From the IMG/VR virus record IMGVR_UViG_3300023109_001684: DNA of 64,000 nt; one strand, given 5' to 3'. How positions within the stretch are numbered: the stretch's first letter is position 1; every line of letters starts with the position of its first letter. This stretch comes from a virus. The notes beneath the pieces are model-generated. The model worked only from the letters and a program-made list of their open reading frames with translations, had not been told where the DNA came from and searched no databases. Below, in pieces: positions 40,348-50,507 of the stretch. The translations under genes and the position numbers were made by a program.

Positions 40348-43300
40348 TTACCCTAGAACTAGAGTCCAAAAATCAATAATTTCTTCAAACTCTGAAGCAT
40401 TAACATTATCAACAATACCCCTAGCTGCAATCCATTCTGTACCATTGTAAACTTCTTGGATTTCCAGTGCTGTATTCCAACGTATTTCACCTTGCTGCGG
40501 TGTTGCACCTTTGTTTGTTTCGTCACCTACTGGAGTAACTACACCTGTTGTTGAATTAATTTTTGTATATCCAAAGCCTGTTTGACCGATAACTAGACCT
40601 GTTGCTGATTCATTTAATATTATGTTATTATCAAACTTTAAGCCGTTTGGTATAGTAATACCTGTCCCTGGCGGAGATAACGTTAAATCATTTGCACCTG
40701 ATATTGCTATGTTGTTATTTCTAATAGATATTGCGTCGACGTCTAAACCAGTCATAGATAGCTCTGTAGACGTTAATGTCCCTACTAGACTGTTATTAAC
40801 ATTAAATTCTACAGTATTATTAGTTGTTGTTGATACGTTTGTTCGTGAATTTGCACTATACACACCGCCAAAGTATTGTAAATCTTGACTGAAGCCTTCA
40901 AATAGACCAAGTTGACTATTATAACGTATATCGCCTAAGTTTCCCGACGGTACTGGAGCAACTCCAGCATCTAATATTAAATCATTTGGTCCAAATATTG
41001 TGGTTGCATCACCACCGTCATAAACAGTTATTAGTATATCGTCAGCATCGCCGCCATCAATAATCTCATCTGCTAATCTTTGTATTCTTTGTGAAATATC
41101 TCCAACTGGTATTTGTAATGAACTATTTGATTGTATATCTATATTAGTTGTGTTAAGTATTATAGTACTATCTGTTGTTGATATTACGTTTTCGTTAAAT
41201 TTAATATTTTGTAACTCAACAAATCCTGTACCTGCTGCACGTAATTCTAAATTTGAATTAGAGTTTGATGTGGTAATTACGTTATCAAATAATTGCACAT
41301 CTGTTGCACTTACCATATTTTCTAAAGCAAATTCGTCATTAATAACAATGTCAGTTACTGTTATATCTCTTGCTGTTAAATTATTTGTTACATTAACATT
41401 ACTATCAAAATTTACAGTGCCGGTGCCATTAGATTCTAGACTTAGATTACTATTACTAAGAGTAGTAGTTAATACATTTCCATCAATAAGTATATCTTCA
41501 AATAGGAATGGTTGGTTTGTAATACTAAAATTACCACTTAAATTAATGTCGCCTGTTAAATTTAAATTACCAGTTTGATTATTATCCCCAACATACGTAA
41601 TTGTACCTGTAATAGTTGTGTCTTGTAAATCAGTATCGCCATTTACAGTTAAGTTTTGATTTATAATAGTGTTTTCTTGAGAAACTACATTTCCAGTAGC
41701 ACGTAATTCTAAATTACTATTTGACAATTCTGTAGTAATAAAATTGTCGTCTATTGTTATATTATTATCAGTTGTAGAAAATTTATTAGAAGTAATAATT
41801 TGAGAATTAACAATATTATTAGTATCCATACTAGGCGAGGACATAGTGTTTGGTATTACTGTATTTTCAGTAAACAATATATCGCCAGTGCCGTTTGCAC
41901 GTAATTCTAAATCAGCATTTGATGTAGTTGTAGTAATAAAGTTATCGTCAATTAGTATTTCTTCAAGTTGTGCGTTACCTGTAACATCTAAATTTCCTGT
42001 AACATTAAAATCTTCAGTAATAGTTAAATTACCATCTTGAATATTACCTTGTAAAGTTACGTCACCGTTAATTTGCAAGAAGCCGTTATATTGTAAAACT
42101 CCTCCTACAGTTAAATTATTAGATATTGTAACAGTGTCGTCAGTGTCAATTAAAATATCACCAGTGCCATTTGCACGTAATTCTAAATCCGAATTACTTT
42201 CAGTTGTAGTAATAAAATTATCTTCAATATACAAATTAGAATTACTAAATTCTCCTGCAAGAGTATAATTTCCAGTTTGTGTTTTATTTCCAGTTTGTGT
42301 AATATTTCCGTTAACCGTTACATTGTCAATATCAGTAGTGCCATTAACTATTACATTATTTTGTACAATAGTATCCGCACTTATATTTGTAACATTCATT
42401 AACCGAAGATAATCATTACCAACTGAAGGCTTATGTGTTATTTTATTGCCTTGTATAACCACATTAGTTATATTTGCAGTATCAAACCTAACATTATCAG
42501 TTACAGTAATTATACTGTTTGGTGCAGACAAATCACTCAGTGATAAATTATTATTAATTTGTACTTGTTCGCTTGTATTAATAGTACCAGTGCCGGCAGC
42601 ACGTAACTCTAAATCAGCATTTAACGTAGTTGTAGTAATTACGTTTCCGTCAACTAATATTTCTTCAAGTTGTACTTGAGATCCTGAAACTAAATTTCCA
42701 TCTAAATTAAGATTAGTAATACTAATATTGCCTGTAGTATTTTTATCACCTACGAGCTGTATATTTCCAGTTACATCTAAAGATTGTAAATCAGTGTCGC
42801 CACTTACAGTTAAGTTATTATCAACTTGTACATTGTTATTAGGAATAAGAATGTCGCCAGTGCCGTTAGCACGTAAATCTAAGTCAGCATTGCTTGAATC
42901 AGTTGTAATAAAATTATCTTCAATATGTATGTCGTCTATTTGTGCTTCAGTAAGCCAAATGCCGTTCCACTTTTTATTTAAAGATCCTAAATCATAAGAA
43001 CTTGTAATATTAGGATTAATATCTTGATCAAAATTAACATTAAATTTTAATGTATCAGATGCTTGATTACCCATTAAGTTTAACTGCCCGTCGAACGTTA
43101 GGTCTCCGGTAATGTCTACATCGCCAGTTACATTTGTATTATCTAGTAGATTAATATCTCCGCCAAATGCATCTACATTTATATCACCAATTACAGAAGA
43201 TATTGTATTTTGATTGAATAATAAATTACCTGTACTTACTTCTTCGCCGTCAATTATAGTTACGTTGCCGTTTGTCGTTGCACGTAGCCTACCAAAGCCT

Positions 43301-44922
43301 TGTACTTGGCCTTCATTAATTACAATACTACTTTCACCAGTATCTTGGTTAATAAAAAAGTTATCACCAATTCTAAAATTGCCAGCATGATTAACAGTTT
43401 GATAATAAATGTTACCACTGTTTAATTTTGATATTTCTTGCGATTGTATAACTCGACTAGGATCATTATCAGAATATTTTCCTACACCAACATATGCCAT
43501 ATTGTGTTGTATAAGGTACATTAACGTATCTGAACCGTCTGCTACTGCTCCGTAATTTCCATAGACATTTGCAGATCCTATTGATCTTATTTCTGCGCCG
43601 TAGTCTACTGTTGACCCGTCTGTGCTTAGATGTCCTGTGCTTCCGTTAACAGCATACAGTCCTCTATTTGCAAAATATGTAAACGAGTTTAACCATTCAA
43701 CTTTTACACCATTAGTCATTGTAAGTGCATCAACACCCGGAGTAATAAATGTTACAGCATGGAACAACATACTTGCATCTTTACTAGTGCTTAGTACACT
43801 TGCTCCGTCTACTAGGGCGCCTTTACCAGCATCACCTTGTGCAAAACCTCTTGGGTCACTTGCACTTGTTACGCTACCTCTTGTAAGTACAGTTATGTTT
43901 TGAACATACGGGCTACGACTTGTTACTGTTGCGTTCGGCGCAAAACTAAATGCATACCCTGTATAAAAATCTTTTATAGTTAAATTAGTTACACTTGATT
44001 CGCCATTGAGTAGAAAAATATTATTTGCATTAGTAGCTTGCGTAGGTTTAACTATAGTATTTCTTAAATCAAGACCAGTTATTGTTACGCCTTGAGGAAC
44101 TGTTATAGGACAAATTTCCTCATATTCGCCTGGCGCAATATGAATAGTGTCGCCTGCTGATGCTTGTGATGCCGCATGCGCAATTGTAAGGAATGGTCCT
44201 TGTGGATGATCGCCTACATTTGCGTTATCGCCGTTAGTTGACACATAATACAAATTACCAGGTCTTGTGCCAATGTTAACGTTGCCAATAAGAGCAACTT
44301 GTGCGTCAATGTCTTGACCGTTTAATAGTCTTGCTTCAATTGTCTGCCAGCGTTTTCCTGGAGTACCTAAGTTATAAGTTACGTCAGCATCAGGAATAAT
44401 ATTTGATGTAACGTCTGCGTCAAATGTTATACTATCTGTGTCTGCATTACCAAATGTAACGTCACCGTCTAATCGTACATCACCTGTAACATTTAGATTA
44501 TTCTCAACCCATAAGTTATTAAACTCAGTTATACCAGTTCCGTTTGGTCTTAATTCAATATTAGTATCTGTAGTATATGTACTAATACGATCGTCGTCAA
44601 TTAGTAAATTATCTGTTTTTACTCGATTAGCTGTAATGTTATGCCTTGCATCGAGTACAATATTATTAGTGCCGCCGAACGGTTGCACTGTGCTGTTTGT
44701 AAAATTTAGTATTGGAAAATTAGCTTCAGTATCTACAATTAAATTTGTAGATCTAGTAGTTTGAGAATTTTGTAATTCATTACTTGGAGAGTTAGTCTTA
44801 ACACCTACTCTACCGCTACTAACGTCAAGATATATTAAGTCAGTTTCAAAGCTGAGATCAATACCGTTACGTATTAAATTTTCTTGTAATAATGGTCCTG
44901 ATATTCTACCTACTTGCGACAT
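40348..44922 (-). CDS. Large repetitive virion protein (1524 aa), paralogue of 35468..40201
   Basis: Shares the VGRISGPLL..NLIRNGIDL.FETDL start and repeat units; late box at 44941-44946. Confidence 0.85.
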   Translation of the reverse strand: MSQVGRISGPLLQENLIRNGIDLSFETDLIYLDVSSGRVGVKTNSPSNELQNSQTTRSTNLIVDTEANFPILNFTNSTVQPFGGTNNIVLDARHNITANRVKTDNLLIDDDRISTYTTDTNIELRPNGTGITEFNNLWVENNLNVTGDVRLDGDVTFGNADTDSITFDADVTSNIIPDADVTYNLGTPGKRWQTIEARLLNGQDIDAQVALIGNVNIGTRPGNLYYVSTNGDNANVGDHPQGPFLTIAHAASQASAGDTIHIAPGEYEEICPITVPQGVTITGLDLRNTIVKPTQATNANNIFLLNGESSVTNLTIKDFYTGYAFSFAPNATVTSRSPYVQNITVLTRGSVTSASDPRGFAQGDAGKGALVDGASVLSTSKDASMLFHAVTFITPGVDALTMTNGVKVEWLNSFTYFANRGLYAVNGSTGHLSTDGSTVDYGAEIRSIGSANVYGNYGAVADGSDTLMYLIQHNMAYVGVGKYSDNDPSRVIQSQEISKLNSGNIYYQTVNHAGNFRIGDNFFINQDTGESSIVINEGQVQGFGRLRATTNGNVTIIDGEEVSTGNLLFNQNTISSVIGDINVDAFGGDINLLDNTNVTGDVDITGDLTFDGQLNLMGNQASDTLKFNVNFDQDINPNITSSYDLGSLNKKWNGIWLTEAQIDDIHIEDNFITTDSSNADLDLRANGTGDILIPNNNVQVDNNLTVSGDTDLQSLDVTGNIQLVGDKNTTGNISITNLNLDGNLVSGSQVQLEEILVDGNVITTTTLNADLELRAAGTGTINTSEQVQINNNLSLSDLSAPNSIITVTDNVRFDTANITNVVIQGNKITHKPSVGNDYLRLMNVTNISADTIVQNNVIVNGTTDIDNVTVNGNITQTGNKTQTGNYTLAGEFSNSNLYIEDNFITTTESNSDLELRANGTGDILIDTDDTVTISNNLTVGGVLQYNGFLQINGDVTLQGNIQDGNLTITEDFNVTGNLDVTGNAQLEEILIDDNFITTTTSNADLELRANGTGDILFTENTVIPNTMSSPSMDTNNIVNSQIITSNKFSTTDNNITIDDNFITTELSNSNLELRATGNVVSQENTIINQNLTVNGDTDLQDTTITGTITYVGDNNQTGNLNLTGDINLSGNFSITNQPFLFEDILIDGNVLTTTLSNSNLSLESNGTGTVNFDSNVNVTNNLTARDITVTDIVINDEFALENMVSATDVQLFDNVITTSNSNSNLELRAAGTGFVELQNIKFNENVISTTDSTIILNTTNIDIQSNSSLQIPVGDISQRIQRLADEIIDGGDADDILITVYDGGDATTIFGPNDLILDAGVAPVPSGNLGDIRYNSQLGLFEGFSQDLQYFGGVYSANSRTNVSTTTNNTVEFNVNNSLVGTLTSTELSMTGLDVDAISIRNNNIAISGANDLTLSPPGTGITIPNGLKFDNNIILNESATGLVIGQTGFGYTKINSTTGVVTPVGDETNKGATPQQGEIRWNTALEIQEVYNGTEWIAARGIVDNVNASEFEEIIDFWTLVLG

Positions 44923-44951
44923 AATTTACTCCTGTGCAAGTATTTATCGGG

Positions 44952-45503
44952 TTATTTGTCGAAGTTATGTACTACAGTTACAGGCTTAGCAAGATCAACT
45001 GGACTTGTAAACTTAATATACCAACCGTCTGCATACGGTGAATTAGGTCCTGTTAAATTACCTGCTGAACTTTGTTCTAATGTATAGTTTGTTGTAGGTA
45101 GTTGAACAACGTTCTCAACTAATACAATTACATGTTCTGCTGCTTCTGGTTGTACATAATCCGGATCGCCACTGTTAAGTATGCCAAACACCGTTTCGGT
45201 TGCATCGCCGTTACCTAAGTTTTGCCATACAATGCCTGGATTTGTGTTTGGTTCTTTATAGCGTAAACGTCTCCACTCACTGTCATTGTATGCTTCTAAG
45301 CCAATCTCAACTCCGCCTGTATCTAATGATGTATTATAGCGAATGTGCCCGTTATTAGGTGTAGCTGGGCGTTGTGCTGTTGTACCTTTAGGCACAAGCA
45401 TACTATTTGTTGAGTCAACAATTACTTGATCGTCAATATCATACTTAACACCTTTTCCGTAGATGTTGCGTAGATTAGTGTTTTGTGCCTTAAGTAATCT
45501 CAT
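44952..45503 (-). CDS. Virion/baseplate-associated protein
   Basis: VPKGTTAQRP..GHIRYNT adaptor plus VIVLVENVVQLP...Y motif typical of baseplate-wedge repeats. Confidence 0.6.
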   Translation of the reverse strand: MRLLKAQNTNLRNIYGKGVKYDIDDQVIVDSTNSMLVPKGTTAQRPATPNNGHIRYNTSLDTGGVEIGLEAYNDSEWRRLRYKEPNTNPGIVWQNLGNGDATETVFGILNSGDPDYVQPEAAEHVIVLVENVVQLPTTNYTLEQSSAGNLTGPNSPYADGWYIKFTSPVDLAKPVTVVHNFDK

Positions 45504-45884
45504 TTATAATACCTTCATATAGCTCACTGTACATGCTAGTCTTCCTGTACCGCCTACACTTGCTTCACCGTTTATTACAACACTGTCGCCGCCTTCTAAA
45601 ATTACACGCTCAGTGTCAAACGTAAATGTTTCGCCAGCTGGTAAAGACAGTCTGCGAACTACACTAGTAGTAGCATCTGCATATGCTCCTGTACTAGGAA
45701 CTAGGTGTAAATCAAATGCACAAGTTTCGTTTTCTGGATTTGCAGCAGTAGGATTGTAAGTGTTACAGACAAGAATATTTGTAATTGCCCATTGCTCACC
45801 TACTGGTACTGTTAACATTGTATACCTAAAGTTATTAGGTGCATTTGCTACGTTATCTATAATTGCTTGATTTACTATTGCCAT
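45504..45884 (-). CDS. Small virion protein (paralogue family)
   Basis: LTVPVG..AITNILVCN...LPAGETFTFDTERVILEGGD. Confidence 0.65.
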   Translation of the reverse strand: MAIVNQAIIDNVANAPNNFRYTMLTVPVGEQWAITNILVCNTYNPTAANPENETCAFDLHLVPSTGAYADATTSVVRRLSLPAGETFTFDTERVILEGGDSVVINGEASVGGTGRLACTVSYMKVL

Positions 45885-45893
45885 TTTATTTCC

Positions 45894-46910
45894 TTAAAAA
45901 ATCATACTATACAAAAGTGCTCTGTTTCTACTTACTAGTTCATCTCTTTGTGAATTTTCATTAACAAAAAAGAGTCCAGAACCTCCAGCATTACTGGTAT
46001 TTGCAAAAACTGTAACACCTTCATCAGGTACAGGAATATTATCAGGTGTAGTTTGATCACCTTCGTGACCTAATCTTTGTATTCTAAAATTATCTTCAAT
46101 AACAACTTGACCTGTACCCATTGCTCCGAGTATCAAATCGTTACCGCTTGTTTCTGTTGTTTTTAACTCAACGCCTCGTCCAGTTAAAGACTCTATTCTT
46201 AAACCATACAAGTCAGCATAGTCGCCAAACACTTCAACTACATCAACGTCATCGATAGTAGCTACTATACGACTAGGTGTGCCAGTTTGCGAATCATCAA
46301 ATGTTTCAAATTTTGTTAAATTACCAATTGGACCTTCTTGTATCCTGCTTGGTACTGTTACGTTAAAGAAGTTTGTAATTGAATCATCAACATATTTTTT
46401 ATTCGGAATATCATCATCGTCAGTTACTCGTAACTCGTAGTCGTTTGCGCCGTCAATAGATATTTTTGCACTAGCATTATTACTATCAATATAAAATGCA
46501 AAAGGATTACCGCTTGTTGTAATACTAACAGTTTCAATACCTAATATATTTCCTGACGTATCCCTACCAGACCAACCACCGCTTCTAGTAGTTCCTGGTA
46601 CAGTAGTATCAGTCCAATCAATTGCATCAACAAATAACCATCTACCGTTAACGTCAGTTCCTCTTTCTACTTCGATACCAGCTTGACCGCCTCTAGTGAT
46701 GCCGCTTGCTGTTTCACCTTGATTTAATATTATAATATTATCTTCAATGGTCATGTTAGTAGTTTCAACTACTGTAGATTGGCCTTGTACTACTAAATCA
46801 CCAGTAATAACAACATCTCCAATCTCATTGCCTGTATCAAGAGTTATTCTTCCTCCTGATTCTGTAGAGATTTTGTAATCACCGCCAATTTTTAAAAACT
46901 TTGTTGACAT
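45894..46910 (-). CDS. Virion structural protein
   Basis: VVITGDLVVQG.STVVETTNMTIEDNIIILN..AGIEVERG motif typical of fibre-base proteins. Confidence 0.65.
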   Translation of the reverse strand: MSTKFLKIGGDYKISTESGGRITLDTGNEIGDVVITGDLVVQGQSTVVETTNMTIEDNIIILNQGETASGITRGGQAGIEVERGTDVNGRWLFVDAIDWTDTTVPGTTRSGGWSGRDTSGNILGIETVSITTSGNPFAFYIDSNNASAKISIDGANDYELRVTDDDDIPNKKYVDDSITNFFNVTVPSRIQEGPIGNLTKFETFDDSQTGTPSRIVATIDDVDVVEVFGDYADLYGLRIESLTGRGVELKTTETSGNDLILGAMGTGQVVIEDNFRIQRLGHEGDQTTPDNIPVPDEGVTVFANTSNAGGSGLFFVNENSQRDELVSRNRALLYSMIF

Positions 46911-47273
46911 TTAAATATCCCTTAGCAAAACAATAGATTGTGTTGAATCATGATCAAGTTCCCACTTATAATTATTATTCTTAAAATCTATCATTATATC
47001 ATTTATTACTTTCTTTATAAAAACACTAGAACACATCTTTAAACAAATTGCATATAACGACATTTCGTTATCTTTTAATTCATCTGTATCTTTAGATACT
47101 AATGTACATGTTCCAATGTTTCCGTTGTTATCTTTAACCTTAAATGTATTATCGGAAAGTTGCTCTAAAACAGACCCAAATGGATCTGCCTTAGAGTTTC
47201 CTATCTTAACCGAAACGATCAAATCTTTTAGATTTTTTAAAAAATTCCAAAAAACATTAATTGGTCGTTCCAT
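46911..47273 (-). CDS. Hypothetical protein, diverged paralogue of 47285..47743
   Basis: MERPIN versus MGRPLN start and shared F.V...TC.L...L...EM pattern. Confidence 0.6.
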   Translation of the reverse strand: MERPINVFWNFLKNLKDLIVSVKIGNSKADPFGSVLEQLSDNTFKVKDNNGNIGTCTLVSKDTDELKDNEMSLYAICLKMCSSVFIKKVINDIMIDFKNNNYKWELDHDSTQSIVLLRDI

Positions 47274-47284
47274 TACATCAGTCC

Positions 47285-47743
47285 TTATGCGTCTGCTGTG
47301 AAATCGTCATCATCAGTGTTGGAGACATCATCTTCACCAGCTTCTTCAACTTGTGCTGCACCATCTGTAGTACTTGTACTAAAGTTCCATGGCACTGACT
47401 TTCCGTCATATGCGTTTGCGCCTGTAGCACTTGGAGCAACTAGTGTTACTTTACGTCCAGAAATTTTACTTACTGTGTATGTTTCTGCATCATCCATTTT
47501 GAATGAAATAGCCATTTCACCTGCTGTTAGTGCTGCTGGTAATTTGCCAGTTGTTAGCACACAAGTATGTAATGTATCTAACGTACCTGTTTCTGAACAT
47601 ACGAATCTTTTAGATCCTTTTTGCTTTACAATGAAGCCTTCTTTAACGCCTGCTCCGTCGTGAAAGTTAACTTTGATTTCATCTCCTGCACCAGGACCTG
47701 TAGTAGCATCTGCAAAAAATCTCTTGTTTAGTGGTCTTCCCAT
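47285..47743 (-). CDS. Hypothetical late protein (possible head decoration)
   Basis: Own late box (47840-47845), structured leader and AGGAG RBS; lies downstream of the capsid gene. Confidence 0.7.
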   Translation of the reverse strand: MGRPLNKRFFADATTGPGAGDEIKVNFHDGAGVKEGFIVKQKGSKRFVCSETGTLDTLHTCVLTTGKLPAALTAGEMAISFKMDDAETYTVSKISGRKVTLVAPSATGANAYDGKSVPWNFSTSTTDGAAQVEEAGEDDVSNTDDDDFTADA

Positions 47744-47764
47744 TTTTTTTCTCCTATAAAAAGT

Positions 47765-47838
47765 AGTCCAATGCCCGTTCTATGAGCTACGCTGTGGGTA
47801 CAGCATAAGTCCGCCTTGCGGCACACTATTTGACATTA
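47765..47838 (-). ncRNA. Structured 5' leader (three-way junction)
   Basis: CUAAUGUC/GGCAUUGG closing stem, GCC-GCAA-GGC hairpin and UAUGCUGU-ACCC-ACAGCGUA hairpin. Confidence 0.55.
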
Positions 47839-47871
47839 GTATTTATCAAAGGGTTAACAGAAAAGAAAAAG

Positions 47872-47906
47872 AAAAAAGGCCTACCGCATTAGTGGGTAGA
47901 CCTTTT
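47872..47906 (-). terminator. Rho-independent terminator, possibly bidirectional
   Basis: AAGGUCUACC...GGUAGGCCUU stem followed by a U-run; T-runs flank the stem on both strands. Confidence 0.8.
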
Positions 47907-48120
47907 AATAATAAAGTGATAGGTTGGGATTAATGATTACCAACAACTCCTCAGCAACTCATTTCTAAGTTCGGAGAGCCTAACATCGGAAAGTTACTTC
48001 CAAAATACGCATCTTTGTATCTCTACACTCATGCGCTCCTACTACAGGTGCTAGCCAAGTTTACAACGCTGCGGTTGCTTATTCCTTGCACTATCTAATC
48101 TAAACCGTCGTCTAGCTTAT
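47872..48120 (-). ncRNA. Candidate stand-alone structured ncRNA, about 250 nt
   Basis: Own sigma70-like promoter and terminator, no substantial ORF, multi-stem fold closed by GAUAG/CUAUC. Confidence 0.65.
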
Positions 48121-48126
48121 GTACTT

Positions 48127-48154
48127 AATATAACATCATTATAAACAATGTCAA
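48127..48154 (-). promoter_or_regulatory. Sigma70-type promoter for the candidate ncRNA
   Basis: TTGACA-N16-TATATT with extended -10 TG; overlaps a TAAGTA late-like box. Confidence 0.7.
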
Positions 48155-48173
48155 CCACTTTTTTAAAAAAAGT

Positions 48174-48201
48174 CAAAAAAATAGGCCCCGAAGGGCCTAT
48201 T
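48174..48201 (-). terminator. Rho-independent terminator of the capsid gene
   Basis: AUAGGCCC-UUCG-GGGCCUAU followed by a U-run. Confidence 0.9.
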
Positions 48202-48220
48202 CTAGTTTAATAAATTAAAC

Positions 48221-49402
48221 TTAGCTGAAGCTTACTGCACTGTTAGTAATGTCAACTTTACCTAAGTAATCAGCTGCGTTACCAAGCGATGATGCTGTGT
48301 TGTTTAGTTCCACATAACCATAACGTGTCATGAATGATACAGTTGGTTCAAATGTATCTGGATCTAGTACAACGCCTGAGCTCATTAGTGGGATATATGG
48401 GCAATAGAACGCTGCTGCGTCTGATTCGCTTGATCCTTTGTAACCAATAAGTACTGGACTGCTGTCAGCTGCATATGTGTTTACATATACTTTCATTGCA
48501 TTGTTCAATGTACCAACCATTTTAGTGTTAGTTGGTGCTTCGAATGTACCTTCTGTTGTTCTTGCGAACGCTGAAGTTGTAGCAGACTGTAGGATAGTTA
48601 GTGCAAATGGTGATACCACTGCCCAGTTACCTGCGCCTCTACGTGTACGCTGTGCAATCAAGTTACTTACGCGGTTGATTTGTACTGCTAATGCAGCATG
48701 CTCATCACCTACGAAAGTAGCTGTGCCACTTACTGCTGATTGGTCATAAGTTTCAGCAGCAGATCCTGCTAGTGAACCTAAAGAAGCTAATACTTCTTGA
48801 TCAATTTCAGCTGTAATTTCTTGTGCTAGAGCAGCCATAATTTCTGCTTCAACATCAATACCATGCTGTGACTGTGCATCTTGAGCTGCCTCAAAGGTCC
48901 AACGTGCTGATAGCTTACGTGATTTAGCTTCAACAGTCTGCTTTAAGATCTGAATGCTCATTCTGTTGCCTGCCGCGCCTTCTAATGCGCTTGTGGCTGC
49001 TGCCCTGTCGTCTGCTGCGGCACCTGAGTAACCTTCAGCAATTTTGAATGGGCTTAGTGCTTCATCACCAGCTGCTGTGTCTGTTCCGTTGGTGCTGTTA
49101 AAAGCATCTGCGTAACGTACACGTAGTGTGTGAATCTGACCAACTGGACCAGTCATAGGTTGTACACCTACTAACTCGTTAGCAATAACAGTTGGCATAA
49201 CACGTCTGATAACTGGTAGGATAACACGGTTAAGTGTTGCTACGTTACCTGCGCTTGTTGCACCCGCTGTTGCAGCTTCTGAAAGATACTTGCGAGTGTT
49301 TTCTAGTGTGGCAGCCATTACTGACTTCTTGTTACCGTCTAGGCCTTCAAGAAGAGCAGTCTTTGTGTCTGTCCAGCGACTTTCTAATAGTTCTGACATC
49401 AT
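48221..49402 (-). CDS. gp23: Major capsid protein, T4 gp23-like
   Basis: LVGVQPMTGPVG, VEAKSRKLSARWTFEAAQD, FYCPYIPL and MTRYG. Confidence 0.97.
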   Translation of the reverse strand: MMSELLESRWTDTKTALLEGLDGNKKSVMAATLENTRKYLSEAATAGATSAGNVATLNRVILPVIRRVMPTVIANELVGVQPMTGPVGQIHTLRVRYADAFNSTNGTDTAAGDEALSPFKIAEGYSGAAADDRAAATSALEGAAGNRMSIQILKQTVEAKSRKLSARWTFEAAQDAQSQHGIDVEAEIMAALAQEITAEIDQEVLASLGSLAGSAAETYDQSAVSGTATFVGDEHAALAVQINRVSNLIAQRTRRGAGNWAVVSPFALTILQSATTSAFARTTEGTFEAPTNTKMVGTLNNAMKVYVNTYAADSSPVLIGYKGSSESDAAAFYCPYIPLMSSGVVLDPDTFEPTVSFMTRYGYVELNNTASSLGNAADYLGKVDITNSAVSFS

Positions 49403-49409
49403 AATCTCC

Positions 49410-50507
49410 TTAATTTAATCCAGCAAGACGGCGTAAGTCTAATACATTAGAATCGTCTGCTTTTGGTGTCATAGTTTTTTCTTGTGTTCTGTTGCCTGTA
49501 ATTTCTTTTGCCTCTGATAAGACTGCCTTGCGCTTCGCTGGTCCGTTGCCGTCAATAACTGATGGTAGGTACTTATTGAAAGATTTATTTAATCTGTCAG
49601 TTTGTACACTTTCCAGTAAGTCTGTCATGATATCGCGCTGATCCTTTGATAAAGGAGCAACTAGATCTGTCATAATTTTCTCTCTGCGAACTGATTCAGA
49701 AAGTACTTTATTTTTATTTTGCTGTGCTTCTGCAATTTCAATAGCTTTCTTAGCAGCAACTTTTGCTTCACTAATCTGCTTGTTCTTTGCATCGACAACT
49801 TTTAAAAGTTTAGATGTTTCTGAGTTTTCGTTTAGATAGCTACTTGTGTATTCACTTGCGAATGCTTCAAATAACTTACGACCAAAGTCGTTCTGTCTTG
49901 CTTCATCAATATCTTCTTTAAGTTGATGTATTTCGCTACGTAGAGCTTTGTCAACTGTTTCTGATACTGCTATTGCACTTCTTTCGATAAAGTCTGTTTT
50001 GACCTTAGCGAAGTGTTCCTTAGCTTCACGTACTAATCGTACTTTCGTTTCAGCTAAGTCTTGTTTATCTTCGTGGAACTCTGCAATTTCTTTAGATAAT
50101 GCTTCAACAACAAAATCTTCAAGTTTAGCATGCTGTACAGCCATTGCTTTGCGTTCTTCGTGTAGTTCGGAAACTTCTGTTTTAAGCTGTTCCATAACAA
50201 AACCTTGCATAAGGTCTGCGTTTTCACGCATAGCAATAGCATACTTCGCTTTTGCTTCAGCTAACTGCTGACGATCTTCTGCAAATTCTGAAATTTCTTC
50301 AGCTAGACGTTCCTCAAGCAACTTGTCAATAGCTTCCACCATTGTTTGCTTGTCATGCTCGTACTTTTGAGCAAACTCCTCACGAAGTTCCGCAGTGACT
50401 GCTTTACGGTTTTCACCGATTTTAGCTTCCCATGCTTCTTGAAGTTCTGCTTTTACATCATCTGTAAGTGCATCGCTTTCGAAGAGTGATTTTAATGCGT
50501 CCAACAT
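49410..50507 (-). CDS. gp22: Prohead core scaffold protein, gp22-like
   Basis: Acidic coiled-coil protein between protease and capsid genes. Confidence 0.85.
   Translation of the reverse strand: MLDALKSLFESDALTDDVKAELQEAWEAKIGENRKAVTAELREEFAQKYEHDKQTMVEAIDKLLEERLAEEISEFAEDRQQLAEAKAKYAIAMRENADLMQGFVMEQLKTEVSELHEERKAMAVQHAKLEDFVVEALSKEIAEFHEDKQDLAETKVRLVREAKEHFAKVKTDFIERSAIAVSETVDKALRSEIHQLKEDIDEARQNDFGRKLFEAFASEYTSSYLNENSETSKLLKVVDAKNKQISEAKVAAKKAIEIAEAQQNKNKVLSESVRREKIMTDLVAPLSKDQRDIMTDLLESVQTDRLNKSFNKYLPSVIDGNGPAKRKAVLSEAKEITGNRTQEKTMTPKADDSNVLDLRRLAGLN

Noticed and set aside
20530-44764. Numerous plus-strand ORFs of 60-150 aa inside the giant fibre genes
   Set aside because: Antisense shadows of T/G/N/V-rich coding sequence with low-complexity V/L/P/S composition and no RBS.
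47994-48032. 12-codon minus-strand ORF MSVEIQRCVFWK behind AGGAG within the 250-nt RNA
   Set aside because: SD spacing is only 3 nt and the start is buried in a stem. It cannot be excluded but is not supported as a CDS.
47765-48120. tRNA genes in the intergenic region after the capsid gene
   Set aside because: No T-loop GTTCRA or acceptor-stem/CCA pattern on either strand.
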